A stretch of 64,000 nucleotides of DNA from Takakia lepidozioides (Eukaryota > Plantae > Bryophyta). A program made the translations under genes and the position numbers. Below, one piece after another: positions 26,313-38,039 of this stretch; position 1 is the first letter of the stretch, and every line of letters begins with the position of its first letter. A model generated the notes under the pieces. It had not been told where the DNA came from, made no database searches, and worked only from the letters and a program-made list of their open reading frames with translations. Location of the stretch: assembly GCA_030704615.1 (NCBI GenBank), contig CM060733.1:73842001-73906000 (forward strand), in the 5' to 3' direction.

Positions 26313-26674
26313 CTCCAAATTTGGAAATGCGGCAGATTAAACAAGTATTAAAATAATAGTTTTTTTATTTGACCTTGCCGTTTTTGGACGTTCCAGATCA
26401 TGTAATGCGGCGAAGATATGTCGTCAGTAACAAGTCCGCTCATGGTTTTATAGATCCGCTCATGGAAATAAGTGACCGTGCAACGGGAAATCCAGTATAC
26501 CACTGCAAAGGACGTCGCATACTGGCCTGTATAGAGTATTCCGCGGTTTTACATGCCTTAACATTGGAATGAAGCTGACCCTTTTGCCGCGATTGAACCA
26601 ATGGAGTCTGCACCAATACAGTCTGCAGTACTTCACAATTCTGTCTTCTCCGGGTATTCGGCGGGAAAGGTTTG

Positions 26675-27399
26675 TGTCGCGGCCCTTTGCCTTGAGGGCA
26701 GGGGGTCGGGACACATGAGGGGCTGCCCCTGTGGTGGGGGCAGCGGCAGCGATAGGTATGGGGGGCTGAAGCACCCTTGAGTGCCCAAGGCACTCAAGGA
26801 GGCGGAGGCGCTCACTAGGTGGAGCCCGCACACCGGGTTGCGGTGGAGGTGGCTCCACAAGGGGTGGTGGTAGCTTAGTGGGACTTAGTGGGGGTGGCAT
26901 AGGACTCACCATGGGGTGGAGACCTCGAGGTGGGAGTCGTGGGGAGTCTTGGGACTCATCACGGTCCATTGGGGCCGCGGTGAGTGGGCCAAGACTCACC
27001 GCGACTCACCACCGGGAGTCGAGGGTTTTCGTGGTGGTTCGCCATAAAATGGCATGGCTGGTTATGAAACCCCCGCGGACAGCTACAGAAGTATATATAG
27101 GGAGTAGTAACCCCGAGAACGGTGCAAGCCCGTTGGTGACCAAAAACTAGTGAGTAAGCGAGCGAGCCGGAAAGCGACCAAAGAGTGGGGAGCTGTTCCG
27201 GACTGCCATCTACCAAAGGGAATTCTCCTAGTCCCAAATAGGTGGAGGGTTTAGAGAAGGAAGCGGAAGGGGACCGTTATGTCCCGGTGAGCAGCCGAAA
27301 CTCCAAGTTGGCCCGGCGGCCAGGTTGGGAGTCAGGCGCGCGCATCAAAGCGAGTAACTATGACTTGAAGGGGAGTTTACCGAACTGAGGTGTGCGACA
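26675..27399 (+). repeat. 5' LTR (725 bp)
   Basis: TGTCGC...GCGACA terminal inverted repeat; by eye differs from the 3' LTR by 1 substitution and 2 small indels. Confidence 0.97.
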
Positions 27400-27401
27400 C
27401 T

Positions 27402-27413
27402 TGGTATCAGAGC
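27402..27413 (+). promoter_or_regulatory. Primer binding site, tRNA-iMet type
   Basis: TGGTATCAGAGC. Confidence 0.93.
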
Positions 27414-27454
27414 TTAGAGTTCAGTACGCGATCGTCCTTGGGATTGGCCTCATC

Positions 27455-30400
27455 ATGGGGTCGGGCAAGCCGAAGCGAAAGCGGAACGGCCCAAAAGATG
27501 ATGATCCCGGTGAGCCCGATGGGGGCGACGTGTCACCGAGGCGGCCGTTTGAGGAAGCGATTAATGTTTCCGAAAACGAGGCCGCTCAGGAGCGGGAGGA
27601 ATCCGAGGAGTCGGAGCCCGAGGAATCTTTGAGAGCTCCGACAAACCAAGAGATGCCTCCCATGCCGGCAGCCTTTTGGGAAGGGTTGTTGGCGCAGTTT
27701 GGCGGGACGTTGAAAGACGTGTTGAAGGCGGCTAATGCCACTTCCACCAAGGCAAAGTTTAAGGTGAAGCCTAAGGAACCCGGCACCTTCGAGGGCGTTC
27801 GAAACCGGAAGGCACTCAACACCTGGCTCCTGGAGCTAGAGCAGTACTTCCGGGCGGCCAAGTTGAGTGACGAGGATCGGGTGGAAGTGGCTCCCACCTA
27901 TTTGAGGGGCTATGCTCAACAATGGTGGCAGAAACGCCTTCACGACCGAGGCCCAAGCCCGGAAACCTTGAACTGGAGTGAGTTCAAGGAATTGATGAAG
28001 AGACAGTTGTGCCCCTCAACGCATCCTGGCTTGCCCGGGACAAGATGAGGAATTTGAAGCAAACAGATGACATTCGAGGGTATGTCCAGGCTTTCAATGT
28101 GCTGTTGCTCGAAGTCGCGGACATGGCAGAACCAGAAATGGTCTTCAACTTTGTGGCGGGACTGGCCCCATGGGCTAGGCGGAAGTTGGAGGAGAAGCCA
28201 CCCAAGACTTTGAACGAGGCAATTGAGAGAGCTGAATGTTTCTCGGATGTCCCTAGGGGTGAGAGACAAGGCCGTACGGAGCTGAACCACAAGAAGACCC
28301 GGCGGGAAGGGGACTCCTCCCGACCGGAAAAGAAGTGGGATAGGCCACGCGGCGAAAATGGCACGTGGAAATCGAAGGGAGGTCCTTCACACGTCAAGGC
28401 GGCACCCGGTGCTTCGAAAGGAAAAGCGGGTGGAGCGACTTATGGCGGACAGAAGGCGACCTTTGATGGAGTGTGTTTCAATTGCGGGGAGCCCGGGCAC
28501 ATGGCCAAGAAGTGCACGAAGCCCCGGCAATTGAACATGACTCGGGCGACCACGGAGCTGTCGGAAGATACCATCAGTCGCTTGGTGGAAGCGGTGGTCG
28601 CCAGGACTTGCAAGGTAGGCAAATTTTCTTGTGAGTTGTATCAGGAAACTGGCGCCTTACGAAAAGGGAGTCAGTTATTGTTCGTGGATGGGATAATATC
28701 CGGAACTAATGTGTCGTTGTTGGTGGACACAGGAGCGTCGCACTCCTTCATGACGCCGGCGGCGGCGCGAAAGTTGGGACTCCCGACAAGTGACGTGGGG
28801 GCCTCTATTGAGGTGCGCTCTGCCAAAGGAGAACCTCAGTTGGCGACAAGGTTGGCGTTTGATGTTCCTCTTCAACTGGGGAGTTGGGAGGGACGTGAGA
28901 ACTTCACTATCTGCGAGATCGATGGAGTGGATCTCATTTTGGGAATGACCTTTTTGAGCAAATCCGGAGCGGTCATAGATGGCCGCAAGAGAGTAGTCAC
29001 GCTGCCATGTGGGAATGGTGGCGAGGTTTTACGAGTGTCGGAAACGCCCAAATCCGTGGGAGGGCGAATAAACCTTCTATCAGCAAAGGAGTGGGCCGTG
29101 GAGGAGACACACGAGTCCCAGTTTTTGCTTTACATTAGAGAAGTGAAAGGAGAAGGCGATGGGGAGCCGAGCCCAGATTGGATCAAGGGGATTTTGGAGA
29201 AATACCAGGATGTGATGCCGGAGGATTTACCAAGCGGCTTGCCACCGCGAAGAGGAGTTGACCACAAAATTGAGGTGATACCGGGATCGGAACCGCCTGC
29301 CAAGGCGCCCTACCGGTTGAGCCACAAAGAGTTGGTCGAGCTGAAGACTCAGCTCAAAGATCTAATGTCAAAGGGGTACATCCGGCCGAGTAAGTCACCT
29401 TACGGAGCCCCGGTGCTATTTGCAGACAAGAAGGATGGGACGCTGCGGATGTGTGTCGATTACAGGGCTCTGAATAAGGTGACTATCAAAAACCGGTACC
29501 CTTTGCCAAGGATCGACGACCTCTTCGATCGGTTGGCAGGAGCGAAGTATTTCAGCCGGATCGACTTGCGCTCCGGCTATCACCAAATTCGGGTGGCGGA
29601 AGGAGATGAGGAGAAGACCGCGTGCAGGACAAGGTATGGTTCATATGAGTTCTTGGTGATGCCTTTTGGGCTCACCAATGCACCAGCGACATTTAGCACG
29701 CTGATGAACAGCCTTTTCCAGGAGTGGTTGGATGACTTTGTGATCGTGTACATCGACGACATCTTGGTGTACTCGAAAACAAAGGAGGAGCACCTGGAGC
29801 ACCTCAAAAGGGTGTTCCAAAAATTGCGAGAAGGGAAGCTGTATGCCAAAGCTTCAAAGTGCGAATTCGGGGTCACAAAAGTGGAGTTCTTGGGGCACGT
29901 GATTACACAGGATGGGATCAAAATGGATGACAGAAAGGTGAGGGCGATCTTGGACTGGGAGCCTCCGACTTCGGTCCCGGGAGTGCGATCCTTCCTAGGA
30001 CTCGCCTCCTATTACCGGAAGTATGTGAGAAATTTCGCCAAGATCGCGGGGCCGCTGTCGGACCTTCTGTGTAAATCCAAAGTCTGGGTATGGAACACAT
30101 TTTGTGGCCAAGCTTTTGCTGAATTGAAGCAGCGGATGACGGAAGCTCCAGTCTTAAAAATCCCGGAGTTCGATCGTCCGTTTGAGATTCATACAGATGC
30201 ATCGGACTTCGCAATTGGGGGTGTACTTATGCAAGATGGACGTCCAGTGGCTTACGAAAGTAAGAAACTGAATGAAGTGGAGCGACGGTGGCCGACGCAC
30301 GAAAAAGAGATGAAGGCGGTGGTACATTGCCTTGAACTCTGGCGCCACTATGTTGGTTCCAACCCAGTGAAGGTGTTCACGGACAATGTCACGGTGAAGT

Positions 30401-32007
30401 ATTTTGCCACGCAGCCCAAGTTGTCCCCAAAACAACTTAGGTGGCAAGATACTTTGGCAGTGTTCGACGTGGATATCCAGTACAAACCGGGACGGGACAA
30501 TGTGGTGGCCGATGCTTTAAGTAGAAAGCAGCAGCTCTTGTTGGTGTACAAGGGCGAGACGGCGCTCCAAAGGAAGATCCGGAAGGCTTGCCGGAAGGAT
30601 GAGCTGGCAAAGTGCGTGATGCAGAACTTGAGAATGGGGGTTAAATCGCAGTTCCACTTGCAAAACGGACTGCTCCGGTATAAGCAAAAACGTCTCTATG
30701 TGCCAAAGGGAGGGATCAGGGATAGTCTCTTGAGAGAATGCCATGATAGCCCGCTTGCGGGCCACGGTGGAGCCAAGCGCACTGCGGCACTCTTGAAGAA
30801 AGAGTATTTCTGGCCCAAACTGAGGGAGGAGGCAGAGGAGTATGTAAAGACATGCACCACATGCCAACAAAACCGGAGCGAGTATAAAAAGCAAGCGGGG
30901 CTGTTACAACCCTTGCCGATTCCAGAGGGGACTTGGGAAAGCGTCTCGATGGATTTCATGACTGCTATGCCGCTGTCAAAAGGATTCGATGCAATCATGG
31001 TGGTGGTAGATAGGTTCAGTAAAATGGCCCATTTCATCCCCACCAAGGAGACGGCAACTGCGCAGGAGACAGGGCGACTTTACTTCGCCCACGTCTTAAA
31101 GCATCATGGAGTCCCGAAGGATATTGTCTCGGACCGCGACCCAAAGTTTACGAGTAAATTCTGGAGAGCACTTTGGAAGAAGATGGGGACGAGGCTGAAG
31201 ATGAGCACCGCCTTCCGACCTACGACGGACGGCCAAACGGAAAGAGTGAATTCCGTAGTGAAGCAATTCTTGCGGAATTACGTGTCGGCAGACCAATCAG
31301 ACTGGATGGAACACTTAGACGCGGCAGAGTTCTGTTATAATAACACAGAACACTCCGCGACGGGAGTTTCCCCTTTTGTGTTGGTCTATGGAAAAGCACC
31401 TCTGGTGCCGACAAGTTGGGCCGCCCAGGACGTTGAGGAACCGGCGGTACTGGAAGAACGCGAGCGTTTGTTGAAGCTCGCAAAGTACAACATTGCCAAA
31501 GCTAGGAAACGGTATGAAAGGCAGGCGAATCGGAAGCGGAGGGAAGTGAAGTTTGAGGCAGGCACAGAGGTCTGGTTGAACATCAAGAATTTTCGACTAC
31601 CTCCGGAAATGAGTCCGAAGTTCGTACCTCCGTATGCGGGTCCCTTTCGCATTCGGAGGGTTATGAATGAGGATGTGTATGAATTGGAGCTGCCAGCAAA
31701 CAGCAAGGTGCACCCAGTATTCCATGTCTCCCTTTTGAAGCCTTACTTCAAAGATGAAGCACGTCCGAATCGGCAGCAAGTGTTGCGTCCGCCACCTATG
31801 CTGTTGGATCATGAAAATGAACCCGAGTACGAGGTGGAGGCAATACTTAAGTCGAGGAGGTTCAAGAACCGAGAAACGGAGTATCTCGTCAAATGGAAGG
31901 GCTATCATCTTGTGGAGGCATCTTGGGTGCGTGCCTCAGAAATGGGAAACGCATCCGAGGCAGTTGCAGCGTTCGAAGGGCGACCTCAAAAGCGGAAGAA
32001 GCGTTGA
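27455..32007 (+). CDS. gag-pol polyprotein (gag, CCHC, PR, RT, RH, INT, chromodomain) with one frameshift near 28006
   Basis: [14 protein letters not shown]; [10 protein letters not shown]; VYIDDIL; [10 protein letters not shown]; [10 protein letters not shown]...CTTC; SMDF, SDRD, GQTER; GPF; [11 protein letters not shown]...YLVKWKGY...SW. CAGTTGTG here vs CAGTTTGTG at about 1963 shows a 1-nt loss (mutation or sequencing error). Confidence 0.95.
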
Positions 32008-32897
32008 TGGGGACATCAACCTTGGAGCGTGGGGAGGAAATGCATGCTTAGCCCGGTTTAGCTAGCTCAGGAATCCGATTGCAAAAACTTGTATTGTACA
32101 AAAATTTGTGATAAAGGAAATGGGTTCCAAATATTGTGCGTCCTATTGTGTTTGGAATGGTGATGCATGGTGTGGTTGGCTGGTGTGTAGAATGCATGCT
32201 AGCTTACAAAAGTGGGAGAGGTAAATTGGGTTAATCGTGTGTTTGCGCAGTGCCGAAATCGGGTGACTCCCATCCAAGGGGCAAGGAAACTTGCGCCTTA
32301 TTTGGGAGTTCAAGTGCTAGTGCGCCCTGGCGCGTGCGCGTACTATAACTGTGCTACCGAGGGGGTTGCCTTGTAGTGCGGGCTAACGCGGAAGCTACGT
32401 GCTTCCGTTCACGTACTATAATCGTGTAGCCTCGGGACGAAGTCGTAGTGCGGCTTCGGCGTGTTCCCGTACCTCAGGCCAGCATTCCAAGGCGGACCCA
32501 ATTGTAGTGATTGGGGCGCACGGTTGGTTCAAGGTTATCTTCCTAGTCAAAGAGGGTTCCAGGTGAACCCTTGCTCAAGGTGATGCCAAAAGCGGCATCA
32601 TGAGCGATCGCAAGCAATGTTGTTGCAGTAAGGCGATTCGATCCTCGGGGAGGATCGTTCCTTGGCCTTGAAGTAGGCCAAGAAGGTGCACTGGGAGGAG
32701 CTGGAGAGGCTCCACCCTTGGCCGGGACTTGGAGGAAGTCGGCCGAACTAGCTAGTGGAGAGTGGAGTCAAGTGTGGGGTTTGGTTCTTTGCCATGGGAC
32801 GCCATGGTACGGAAACAAACTCCTTGATGTGGGACGCCACAACTTGGATGTTCGTTTCTACAAAATGGACAAGTCGATGAGGACATCGACTCCCTGT

Positions 32898-32910
32898 TGG
32901 TAGGGGTGTG
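32898..32910 (+). promoter_or_regulatory. Polypurine-tract-like sequence
   Basis: TGGTAGGGGTGTG directly before the 3' LTR. Confidence 0.65.
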
Positions 32911-33634
32911 TGTCGCGGCCCTTTGCCTTGAGGGCAGGGGGTCGGGACACATGAGGGGCTGCCCCTGTGGTGGGGGCAGCGGCAGCGATAGGTATGGGGG
33001 GCTGAAGCACCCTTGAGTGCCCAAGGCACTCAAGGAGGCGGAGGCGCTCACTAGGTGGAGCCCCGCACACCGGGTTGCGGTGGAGGTGGCTCCACAAGGG
33101 GTGGTGGTAGCTTAGTGGGACTTAGTGGGGGTGGCATAGGACTCACCATGGGGTGGAGACCTCGAGGTGGGAGTCGTGGGGAGTCTTGGGACTCATCACG
33201 GTCCATTGGGGCCGCGGTGAGTGGGCCAAGACTCACCGCGACTCACCACCGGGAGTCGAGGGTTTTCGTGGTGGTTCGCCATAAAATGGCATGGCTGGTT
33301 ATGAAACCCCCACGGACAGCTACAGAAGTATATATAGGGAGTAGTAACCCCGAGAACGGTGCAAGCCCGTTGGTGACCAAAAACTAGTGAGTAAGCGAGC
33401 GAGCCGGAAAGCGACCAAAGAGTGGGGAGCTGTTCCGGACTGCCATCTACCAAAGGGAATTCTCCTAGTCCCAAATAGGTGGAGGGTTTAGAAGGAAGCG
33501 GAAGGGGACCGTTATGTCCCGGTGAGCAGCCGAAACTCCAAGTTGGCCCGGCGGCCAGGTTGGGAGTCAGGCGCGCGCATCAAAGCGAGTAACTATGACT
33601 TGAAGGGGAGTTTACCGAACTGAGGTGTGCGACA
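32911..33634 (+). repeat. 3' LTR (724 bp)
   Basis: Near-identical to 26675-27399. Confidence 0.97.
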
Positions 33635-34019
33635 GTTTGCAACTGAACTGGGAAATAAGGTGCCGCATTAGGGTTCGCACGTGCGAAATTTCGGAGCGGT
33701 TTGGTGTTGGCGAAGGCCGCCTCTACCAGTACCTACGACGATACTTGGAAATGCGGCGCCGCATTTCCTTGTCGAAGGTCGAATGAGGAAAGCAAGTTTT
33801 CGGAAAGCAGAAAAACATGAACCCTCCAACATACAAAAATACATGCACGTGGAAACAAGTGAACGATATAGTAATATCTTAGTTCGAGCAAAACAGGTTA
33901 CTGGTAGGCAAGACATATGTCGGACCTTTCTGTGGCCAGAGTCTGAGGTACTGGCAGCAGTACAGTTCTACTATCCGAAAAGGATGGGCGTACCATTGTA
34001 TTGGGACCGCAAGCCAAGG

Positions 34020-37000
34020 TCACTGGTCCCCTGGATCCATATTCAGAAGAGTGTGAACCTCCTGGGGGCTCAACCCTGGTGCATGTATGAAGTGATGAGT
34101 TGTGGAATTACAACGGAGTCTCTTTAGGTACACGTAGTACAAATGCTTGCAAGGGCAGTATGATGCCCCCTTGTTCGCCATGATCTGGAAGTCGGTGCAA
34201 TTGCAGGTGGGTAATTCTGAAATGGTGATGGTGTACACCTCATTGCGAACAGCTGAGCCCGCCGTGGCCATCTGATACACACACCCGAATCCTGGTGGGG
34301 CACTTCAGTCGAGCTCTGGATTGTACAGTTCATCCGAAGTGCATTCCCCATCCTTGTCTCGTTCACTTTTGAGGGAGGTCGCCGCCTCTTCGGTTTCCCC
34401 CAACGGTGTGTAGGATGCTTAGAGCTGTCGTGTCCCATTGTTCTTGCTCTCACAGGGGTCGGTGGTGGAGGCTGTGGAAGCGGAAATGGTTGTCTGGGGA
34501 CGTCAGTGCGCTGCACCATCCGAAATCCTGCGGCGGTAAGGGCGTCGGCCTCAACCTAACTCAGATCGCAGCCTGGTTCCACCGGCCACACCGGGGGAGC
34601 CTCTGGCATTGTTTGTATGCCGTACTTGGGCTTCCATACACGCAAGTCATAATGTCGTGCCTGCAGAACCAGAACTGGGTGGTTGTCGCCTCCGCAAACT
34701 TTGCATGGACAAATCTTCCTGTAAAAGTAGGAGCAGGGACAGCCCCATCTGGATTCCTCCTTATCATCTCTAAACAACGTTGCCGTGTATCCACACGAAT
34801 TGCGGAACACCTTCCTCGAAACGACGGCTTTGTGCGAGCAATTCTCCACTGTGATGCAGACACAGTCGTCTCCACAATGGCTTGGCCATACTGCATAACA
34901 GCAGGCGGAATCTGGGGCAAGGGAGCGGTGGGAATTTCTCGCACGAAATCCCCGGTTGAAGGCGACGCCGATCTGGAATTTCTTGGGCTTCCACTGCTGG
35001 AAGACACATTGTGCGGCAACATGACGGGACCTCGAGGTGCTGTCCAAATGTTCCTGTCGGATCTCCAGGAATCCTCTTTGCACCCGGGTTCCTCTTCAAT
35101 CCTCCGCCTGATAGGGCGAGTCCGGACGTCCCCCTCTAGGTGTTCACCTCTGCGGTGCAGAGGCGTCCCTTTCATCTTCTCTCGCAATGCTGTCGCCCAT
35201 TTCACTGGATTCTTGGACCTCGAAGCTGTTCGTACCACAATTCCTCCCTGTCCGCCCAAAGCCCCATTGTTTGCCGCTCAGGAACTTGTAGTACGTGGCT
35301 TGCTGCATGATTGCTCTGTCGATGTCCTCCGTTGTGGCCGTCACTACGTCCACCAGATGTGCGGCAGAAGACGCTCGCCAGGAGGAGTGGACCGATTCTG
35401 CCATATTCGTGTTTGGCATGTCCGTGTCGGAATCCAAGCACCGCTCCTAGAAGGACACAAACAATGGTGAGGGACCAATCGAAATGTCCGTAACAGAAAG
35501 ACAAATGAACGAAAATGACAGCAGCCTACCTCCCGCATGTACTGTCCAAACTGTCGATACCAAAAATGCCACCACCCCAACCAGCTGTGCAATGCTCCCA
35601 GATTGGTTGTCTCCACTGCACCTGACGTGTTCCACCAAGCCTCGATGATAGCAAACTTAACCTCCACGTCATCAAATGTGGGTGCATCCTTCCACGCCGT
35701 ACAAAGGACACGGTGTTCAGCTTGGAATGAGCTAGCAACAAATTTGGTAGTGTAGTGGGATAGACTCTGCATCCAATGGAATCCACAAGATCTCTCTTTC
35801 CCCTCCATTGGAACATTGGGGTCCTCACCGTACACACGCCGCACCGCTGCCCAGTTGGCCTGGGCGTTGTCTGCCATGAATCCCCTGAAATTGGGCTCTG
35901 GCAATCCCGCCCTTGCCATCTGCTCGTTTATGCCCTCCCACAGATGCATCTCGGACTGTGTGTCCTCCCCTTTCATCTCGCAGATTGCAATCGTCATGAG
36001 CCTCTTGGAGTGATAGTCATAAACATGCGCACCCATAGTCACCCACTGATGGTTTGTAATTCGCTTGATGTGATCAAACATCACCCAAGCATTCGACAAG
36101 TTTCCAGTTGTCATGCGAGTGACCAAGTCGACTCCACTCCCAGGCCCACACGTCGACATTTGAAAATGTAACAACGATCGGATTCGCTGCCTTGCCTTGG
36201 AAACCTGCTACCTTGGATGCAGTCATATCCAGTCATTCGTTTCACCTCCAGGATTGAGTACATGTCCGACCCCCTGCCGAACTCCTGCTTGCAAGATACG
36301 ATGTGATTCCGCACATTCGGACTACAAACGTGCGAGACGGACTCCAAGAGGTCACGCATCTCGTCTTCGGTCAAGGGCTCTCGGTCGGAACCATCTTCAG
36401 ACATGATTTTGCCAAGAGCAATCTTGTGGGCTGCCTTCAGCTGAATCTGCTTTGGTCTGGCTCCGGGGTTCAATTTCACCTCCTCTTTTATGATGTCGTG
36501 TGCTTCCTGCACAGCCTCACGCATGTTGCCTCTCGCCAAGGGGTGGCAGTGGACCCCAACGTGTATGCAAGCTCTAGTCAAGTCCGGGAGCAAATGGATA
36601 ACGTAGTATGCTTGGCTCTGCACATGGACATGCACGTCGGTGGTTCTTTGCAATGTGCACACTTGAAAGAACCCGCAGGAGCTTGGCTGGAGACAATGAA
36701 TGGATGATGCGTTGTGCCAGTCCAATCCGTCTCGTTTCTCCGCCCTCCTTTGGAGAGAAAGTGGAAGCACGTGGGATTGAGGCACCTCAGCTTCCCCGCA
36801 CAGAGGACATATCGTACACGAACACCATCAGCAATTTTCGTGCTACTGGTCTTCGTCACACACCAGGGGTGTCCGTCATGCTTTCGATCCATGTCTGTTA
36901 ACATCCCGGAGGCTTTCTTTGACGAAGAAACAGGTGGAAACTCGAAGATGACATTGCCATCGACTTCGGGAGGCAGAAAAGTTACCTTTCTGACTGGGAA

Positions 37001-37900
37001 TTTGGCATAGTCGAGAGCAGCCAGCTCGGAGCGAGAACCATCGAGGTGATGTTGTCGTAGGAGCTACACAATGGACCGGGTTGGAGTTATGCTCGAGGGC
37101 ACATGCGTAGCACCTACAGAGACGTCCATGCCGGATTTGAACGACCGTGTGGAGGACATGGGTACCTCAATGCAATCATCTTCCTCGTCGGAAATGTCGA
37201 ATACGTCCACACGAGAAGCTATGGAGGGTCTTGACGGTCCAGGTCGGGAATGATTATCGTTGCATACCTCTCTGTTGGCAGTGGCCGCCTGTCGGTTTCC
37301 GGACTCCTTTGTGGATGGTGTGGGCAGCAGCGACTGATTCGGAAAGGGAATGGGCATTCCCACAGCTCGGTACAGGATGGTGTCTGATGGGGGTACGTGC
37401 CATTCGATTCCGCAACCTCCGTCGTTACCTAGCACGACAATGGTCTCGTCAACCTGTCCAGGAACATCCTTCCTTTCTTCTTCCAAATAAACTGTGCCCG
37501 GTTGAGCTTGAATTTGGAACAAAGGTAAGTTTCAGTCACTCTGCAAAATCCTCCCTCGGTTGGGATCCAGGCTCTCCCAAGTTGCGGAGGACAGCAAACT
37601 ATAGCGTTGGAATTCGGAGCCATCGAAGACCGCACGAAGTTGGCAAGTGCGAGGTTCAGTATAGCGACAGACCAAGGCTCACAGGCACCATGCGGAGTAG
37701 ACATCGACGATTGGAAGTCGCACATTGAAGTGGAAAGTATTGTTTCAAGCTACATGCATGAAGGTGGGAGGTGTGATTCCATAGCCAGTAAGTTAGACAA
37801 TGATGGCCCATTCGGCGACGAAATAACATCTCCTGACAGTTTCTCCTTAGGGTGGATCCAGCAGTATTCTCGGTGCAGACAGGAACGTTCGCACTGACAA
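34020..37900 (-). pseudogene. MULE-like transposase: GCM/WRKY-like zinc domain, DDE core, SWIM finger; several frameshifts; 5' end uncertain
   Basis: DGHPWCVTKTS...RYVLCAGKLRCLNPTC...CAHCKEPPTCMSMCRA...RACIHVGVHCHP; WVMFDHIKR; FMADNAQANW...CGFHW; NTNMAESVH; CNC...CKH. Phase-0 intron 35447-35529. Confidence 0.85.
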
Positions 37901-38039
37901 GTGCCAGTACTATTAGTTAAAACGGTCAGACAACCAAGTTGTGCTCATCAAGACTGGCCGCAATTGTGTGTTTCGGAACAATGCAACCCATTCAGGTTCC
38001 AGATTTCCCGTCCCGAGTGATTATTTCGATTGCTGGTGG

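Larger units (their letters stand above)
26675..33634 (+). mobile_element. Full-length, very young Ty3/gypsy chromovirus nested in the MULE
   Basis: LTRs 26675-27399 and 32911-33634; TSD GTTTG at 26670-26674 and 33635-33639; empty site with a single GTTTG at 15540-15544; PBS and PPT present. Confidence 0.98.

Noticed and set aside
26460-27237. Pro-rich antisense ORFs in the LTRs (also 628-1032 and 32748-33474)
   Set aside because: They reflect the G-rich LTR strand, and the frame is not kept between the two near-identical LTRs.
28000-28050. Programmed gag-pol ribosomal frameshift
   Set aside because: The shift falls inside the gag domain, and the paralog at about 1963 has the extra T that keeps the frame, so it is a 1-nt deletion or sequencing error.
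34020-37900. Sola, KDZ or CACTA assignment for the transposase, suggested by the GAG/GGG termini
   Set aside because: The D...D-x-A...CxFH...NxAES pattern plus SWIM fits the Mutator superfamily better; a profile search is still needed to confirm.
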